DNA from: the human T2T-CHM13v2.0 reference genome, Homo sapiens | Direction: 5' to 3' (one strand) | Length of the DNA stretch: 64,000 nt | Assembly (NCBI RefSeq): GCF_009914755.1 | Contig: NC_060947.1 | Program-made: the position numbers and the translations under genes | Notes under the pieces: generated by a model | Seen by the model: the letters and a program-made list of their open reading frames with translations, nothing else | The model's database searches: none | What the model was told of the DNA's origin: nothing | Part shown: positions 57,071 to 64,000 of the stretch, in pieces | Numbering within the stretch: the stretch's first letter is position 1 | How the letters are laid out: each line of letters opens with the position of its first letter

Positions 57071-57801
57071 AAATCGTTGACGTAACCAAAGAAGCTGGTG
57101 CATTTTACAGTAACATCATCTGATTTAAGAGGGAAACTGGGCCATAACTCATCTTTTAGGCTGACTTTCTTGAACATATTTCTCCTCTAGTGCTGTAAAG
57201 GCCTTGGTGGTGTCTGTAATCCTGTGATGCTTTACTTTGTTAAAAATCCACATCCCCATCAGCATAAGTTCAGGGGAGCAGATGCCACTGATACTACATG
57301 AAATTTCTTATTAGGGTAACAGACCCATGTGAAATTTAGGTTTCCTTTTTTTATATATACTCAAAGACAATAGCTCCTCAGCTTCTGACTTTTTCTTCTC
57401 TACCAACTGGTTATGCATGTTTTTACTTCTGTATTATCAGGGAGGTTAATGGGATGATCATCACAGTCCAAAAGAATTTCAAGCACTTCTTGATGTGTGG
57501 TGCTAGGCCTGGAGGTGTGGAGGGCCTTCTGACTCCTTGCAGGTGAGTTATGGATGGGGTGAGAAGTGCCCAGAACTCAAGCTGACCACTGGCTGTCGTA
57601 CCAAAGTTGGCAGCAGATGGGTGAGGGGGAGTGGAGCAGCCACCAATGATTGGCACACCATTTTTGCCATACTTGCCATAGGTTGTTAACCTGTGTGTTA
57701 GAAGACATATGAAGCAGTTAACAGGCTTCTAGGGACAAAGTCTACAAAATACACACACATACATATATATATATATATGTTGTATATATGTTAATGAGCA
57801 C

Positions 57802-58247
57802 TATAGTAGGCTACATAATGACCCAAAGACCTGTGAATATGTTACCTTACAAGGCAAAAGGGGCTTTGCAGATGTGATTAAGTTAAGAATGTTATGAAAG
57901 GGAGATTATTCTGGATTCTGTGGGTGGACCCAGTGTAACAACAAGGGACCATATAAGAGAGAGGGAGGACGGTTGGAGTCAAAGAAGGAGATGGGATGAT
58001 GGAATCAGAGGTTGGAGTGATGAGGCCACAAGCCAAAGAATGTAGGCAGCCTCTGGAAACTGGAAGCAGGAAAGTGGATTCTCCCCTAGAGCCTCTAGAA
58101 GGAACATGGACCTTTGGCAAACCTTGATGTTAGCCCTGTAAAAACCCATTTTGGGCTTCTGATCTCCAGAACCATAAGGCAATAAATGTGTTGTTTTAAG
58201 CCACTAAGTTCATGGTAATTTGTTATAGCAGCAATGGGAAATTAGTA
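57802..58247 (+). mobile_element. MLT1D-like MaLR LTR
   Basis: cctgtgaatatgttacctta..ggcaaaaggggctttgcagatgtgattaagttaag..ttctcccctagagcctc..aataaatgtgttgttttaagccactaagtt. Confidence 0.88.
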
Positions 58248-59536
58248 AAAGCATTTTCAGTGTACAAGGCACTGTACTAAGCCCTTACATTTATTATCTT
58301 ATGTAAACTTACAAACAATACTGAGTAGTAGGTCCTATGACTACTGTCCATTTTGAAGATGGTAAAACTAAAGCTCTGAGTAATTCTGGCTACTGAACTC
58401 ACCTGTGGTCGCATAGTAAGTAAGTGGCAAAGCCAGGTTTTGAACAAAGATGTTTCCAACTCCTAAGTTGGAATTCCTAAATAACATGTTATACTTCCTT
58501 TCCATATTTTTGGTAGGAAAATTGATTTTAAAAGCATAAGCCAAAAAAGCAGAATGGAGTTTTTGTTTTTGTTTTTTGTTTTTTTGGAATGAAGGGCAAA
58601 ATTTACTAAACTAGAGTCTTGAGGTTCCATGCCGGGCACCTGATAGACCTTAAGAAGTATTTGTTGAATGGTCAAACCATCAGGCCAGGCATGCTGGTGG
58701 GATTACAAAGAATATATGCTATTCTTTTATGTATGCTGTAAATTTATCCAGCTGCATATTTGCAGCCAGGCTTGGTGGGAAGCCTCGGCAAGGTGACCAA
58801 TCCCTCCCACTGGTGTAATGTCTCTTGGCAGAGTTGTTTGTGCAGTTACTTCCTGAGCTACCATGCAAATGGAAGGAAGCTGTGAGCCCAAATAATTAAC
58901 ACGACTCAGAATAATCAGAAATCATTTCTCCTGGGCTTTTGCGTGCACATGAATATTTTTATCTCCTCATCAAATTTATCTTAAAAAGGCTTTGCATTTC
59001 TTGAATATATATCAGCCCATGTTCAGGGAAGTCACCAGGTACAGTGTGGATGTGAAAGGGAAGCCAGGCTAGAGTATAAATTTTGCTATTCATCGTCTAC
59101 TGGCTAGATAATCCACCTGAGGCAGAAGAAGTATGGATGGATGCTTTCAAGTTTTCCTTTCTGGTGTTTATTTGTGCAGATATTTTGTTGGTCTGTCCTT
59201 TCTGGAGGCTGGGTGTCTTGATAAACAAGACCGTTTTGCAACTCTTGTATTCACCCTCTTTCCCTTTCTGGGCTTTGCTTGACATTTCCCAACATCTCTG
59301 CCCATTCTTGCCTGTGGTCACCAGTTTCTCTGCTACTAAGGCCAGCTTCTCTGTTCCAGTATTCCCAGTAGCTTCTCTCATGGCCACTATTAGCTGTTCT
59401 GTGAAGAGTTCTCTGACCTTCAGTAAACCTTCAGCAGCAGTGCCTGAAGTGGGGTGGGAGTCACCAGAACTGGGATCCTACCCAGTGTCCTTCTCCCTGT
59501 CCTCTCATGTTCCCTCTTTCTACTTCTCAGGGTCAC

Positions 59537-59922
59537 TGTATTATTCCATTTTCATGCTGCTGATAAAGACATACTTGAGACTGGGTAATTTATAAAGAAA
59601 AAGAGGTTTCATGGACTTGCAGTTCCATGTGTCTGGGGAGGCCTCACAATCATGGCAGAAGGTGAAAGCCATGTCTTACTTGGCGGCAGACAAGAGAGAA
59701 TGAGAGCCAAGTGAAAAGGGAAACCTCTTATAAAACCATCAGATCTCGTGAGACTTATTCACTACCATGAGCATAGTGTGAGGGAAAATGTACCCATAAT
59801 TCAATTGTCTCCTGCCCCCATGATTCAGTGGTCTCCCACTGGGTCCCTCCCACAAGGTGTGGGAATTATGGGAGCTATAATTCAAGATGAGATTTGAGTG
59901 GGGACACAGCCAAACCATATCA
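59537..59922 (-). mobile_element. THE1 (C-like) solo LTR
   Basis: ttttcatgctgctgataaagacata...ggggacacagccaaaccatatca; perfect 5-bp TSD GTCAC. Confidence 0.92.
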
Positions 59923-60282
59923 GTCACTTTTGTGAAAATTAGAGCGAATGATGTCTCTGCAGTATGAATTCCCTGGTGTCAGAAACAAGGTCTTCACAGC
60001 TTGAGGCCCAGATTCTGTAGGTAGTCCTTGCTTTCTTTGAGCCATCATTGATCTAGCGGAGGATAGGCTCACTTTTTGGCCCTCTGCATCAGTCACACCT
60101 CAACATGAATGAATTTTAGGTTCTTTACTGAAAAGAAAGTTGGTTTAATGAATTAACTAATTAACCAATTAATTTTTAGTGGGGAGTCCAAGGAAGTTAT
60201 CAGAAGACTTGGCACATGATTGGAGTTCTAAAATGATGTGTGTTGAAAAAGTGAGAGGATTAGATTAGAAGAGAGAAGGGGT

Positions 60283-60745
60283 CTGCTTTAGGATGGGGTC
60301 CTCAGGAAGCTGACTCTAAGTCAAGGATGTGAGAGGAAGCAGCTTATTTGAGAGGTAGAGATCCTAGGAAGCACAGAATGGGGGTGGATGATGAGACAGC
60401 AGACAATACAAAGTATGTACTCCTGAGCCAGTTACCATGGCAGGTGACTGGAACTCAGAGAGACAAGTCTCTGAGTTGGAGAAGACAGGTCTCCATCTCA
60501 TTCCACTTGAGGTATGAGGAAGCTAGAGTATTAGTCCCCAGTTCCAGTCTGCAACTGGTTGAGAGCTGCCTCTGGGGGCACTAACTGCTTTCCACTTCCA
60601 GTTTGCCTGTGTTCCAGGGAAGCATTTGCTGAGTCCGAAAAAAGCCCCAGGCAGATGTTGCAGGTGTTTGCAGTAGGAAACTCTTGGCATGCAAGGGAAT
60701 CTGAGATGTGAGGTGTGAGCTGAGGAGGTTGGGTGGGACTGACAG
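60283..60745 (-). mobile_element. LTR16-like ERVL LTR
   Basis: ggggtcctcaggaagctgactct..ttatttgagaggtagagatcctaggaagcac..aaagccccaggcaga. Confidence 0.5.
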
Positions 60746-62789
60746 CAGCTGATATAGCATCAGAGTCCCCAAGGCAGATTCAGCTGCAAATTCTCCTACT
60801 TCACAAGGTTTTTTAAGCTTGGGCCTGAAGCTTCTCAAACTACCTGGCTCCTAACAAAGGGCTTTGCAGGCAGTAAGCACACAATGCATACCAGGAGATG
60901 GATCAAATGAGTGCCCCGTGGCAGAGGTTGGACCCTCATCCCAGGAATTACTAAGAACTATTTCTTGTGTGCCAGGCATGTGCATTTTCCAAATGCATTT
61001 TATACTTGTTGTAGAACCTGGGCTTTCTGGGAACAGGGATTTTTCCTGTTGCTGCCTCGGCTTAGCCTATAGTTTGCAGGTAATATATTTCAGTAACATT
61101 TAGAAAAATTTACCACACAGCTTGTTCTACACACAAAAGCTAAATGTTAATGCAGTGTTTTACTAACTGTGCTAAAATCAGCTAGCCAGCTGGTGAATTA
61201 CCCAGAGGCCCTTTACTGTTGAGACTCACATGGGGTTTTGTAGCCAGCCTGAATGTCATTTATGTAAAATCGCAGTGGTGATATCAGGCAGGTGCTCTTC
61301 AGCTTTATGCTCGGACTGGGCAGATTAGGTATTTGCACAGGGTTTGTCCTTATCCTCTGGCATGCTTCTCTTCAGTAATCCTGCCAGGTGGATGTGCTCA
61401 CCACGTGGAGAGTCCAGGGCATGGCAGAGCCACACCGGGGTGCCAGCTGGGAAGCCTTCCTGCTCAGGGGGTTCATCATTAGCAGAAGGAATCACAGATG
61501 TAAGCTTAAAGTGAGAAGTCCAGCTTTGCCACTCAGTCAGTCTGGCTCCTGGTTAGAAAGCAGAATAGTGCCAGGGTAGACACCAGTGTGGTCGTCAGCA
61601 CAAGGGAATCAGACTCAGTCTGGTGGACTGAAACACTGAACTGGGTCTCTAAGTTTGGGTTTAGCCTCAAGGTTTTTGCCTGTCATCGTTTTCTCTGTGG
61701 TTATTTTCAGTGAGCCATTTTATCCCCTTAGAACTCTGGCTTGCTTATTGGTAGAACATACAGTGAGTATAGTTTACTTTCTTAGTATACATTGGAACTG
61801 GTACTGGGGTGCATGTTCATTCGTGTATTCATTCATTCACTCAATGCGTTGAGTGCCTACTATGTAGATGCTGCGAATGTAGCTTGCAACTGAAAGAGTC
61901 CTGGCTAATTCTCTCAATAGTACTCTGACCCAGATTGGAGGAATTAGGAAACTGTGCTTCTAGTGACTTCATTAGTAGTGGCTGAATCGGGGACAGTTTG
62001 GTTATTGCCAGGTGGTAGTCGTTTTAAAGAACGCAATGTTGCTACTGCTTCCTTGAGGAATTGGGAATCCTTATCTCTGGAAAGGTAAAATCTTGTTGAT
62101 AGCCAGGTGGTTCTTGTTTCTTTTGGTTTTTTATCACGCGTTCATATCCAGGGTTTGATCTGCTAGTTAAAACATTACTCTTACCATGACAAATCTTGCT
62201 TGTAATCTCAAATTATTCTATCTAACATGCTCGCTGACCTGGTTTGAGAAATTTTCACCTTCTGGCTCATGTTCTGTCCTGGTTTCTGGAGCTCTCTACC
62301 AATGGGAGTGGGCTCAAATGAATTTCCAGCAGGAAGGACATCTAAATGTGCATCCCGAGAGGCTGGGTGGGTATAAGCTTAATGTAGTGCAAAAGAAGAC
62401 ACACTATATGGAACACAGTTTTCTGCATTTGAAAGCTACCTTAATTTCACACTTGCTGGTCTTTTTTTTTTTTTTTAATGTATTGCCTAAGGACACAAAG
62501 ATAGATGGGATTCAAACCTAACTGCTTCACTCCAAATTCCACACTTTTAACCACTCACCTATAATGCCCCACTTCTCATCCATGGAATTACCACATCACA
62601 GTAACTTTTTGCGTTAAAAAAAATTGGACTTCAGTTGGTCTAAGTCTCTTAAACCAAAGTCTTTCTTTGTGTGTACTAATTCTAGGTCCTAGAGGTATCT
62701 GGCTCCTAAGCAAGCCCGTTTCAAGGGAGGAAGCTGAGAAAGAGGAGCATCAATTATAACCAAGGCCTATATTCATGTAAGTTTACATT

Positions 62790-64000
<1,211 letters not shown>

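Noticed and set aside
59083-59595. 170-aa ORF
   Set aside because: TTG start, runs into the THE1 LTR, no recognisable homology.

Overview
Primate (human-like) repeat-rich intronic or intergenic DNA. I could not support any cellular protein-coding gene, and the recognisable ORFs are decayed retroelement remnants. Main content: old L1M elements (1-7430) and a near full-length minus-strand L1PA11-13-like LINE (21.67-31.9 kb). That LINE is interrupted by a 5'-deleted HERV-K11/HML-8 provirus (RNase H and integrase remnants, env, complete MER11 3' LTR). Also present are six Alus, many MaLR/ERVL solo LTRs, Tigger/hAT DNA transposon fossils and L2/MIR fragments. The most notable signal is two independent full-length U6 snRNA/L1 3'-end chimeric retrocopies of very different ages about 35 kb apart, one with a perfect 15-bp target-site duplication (TSD). 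This is a known but uncommon class, not a new system, and I found no convincing novel biological system. Subfamily names come from my recall of consensus sequences, not from alignment. Boundaries without a stated TSD or terminal repeat are approximate.
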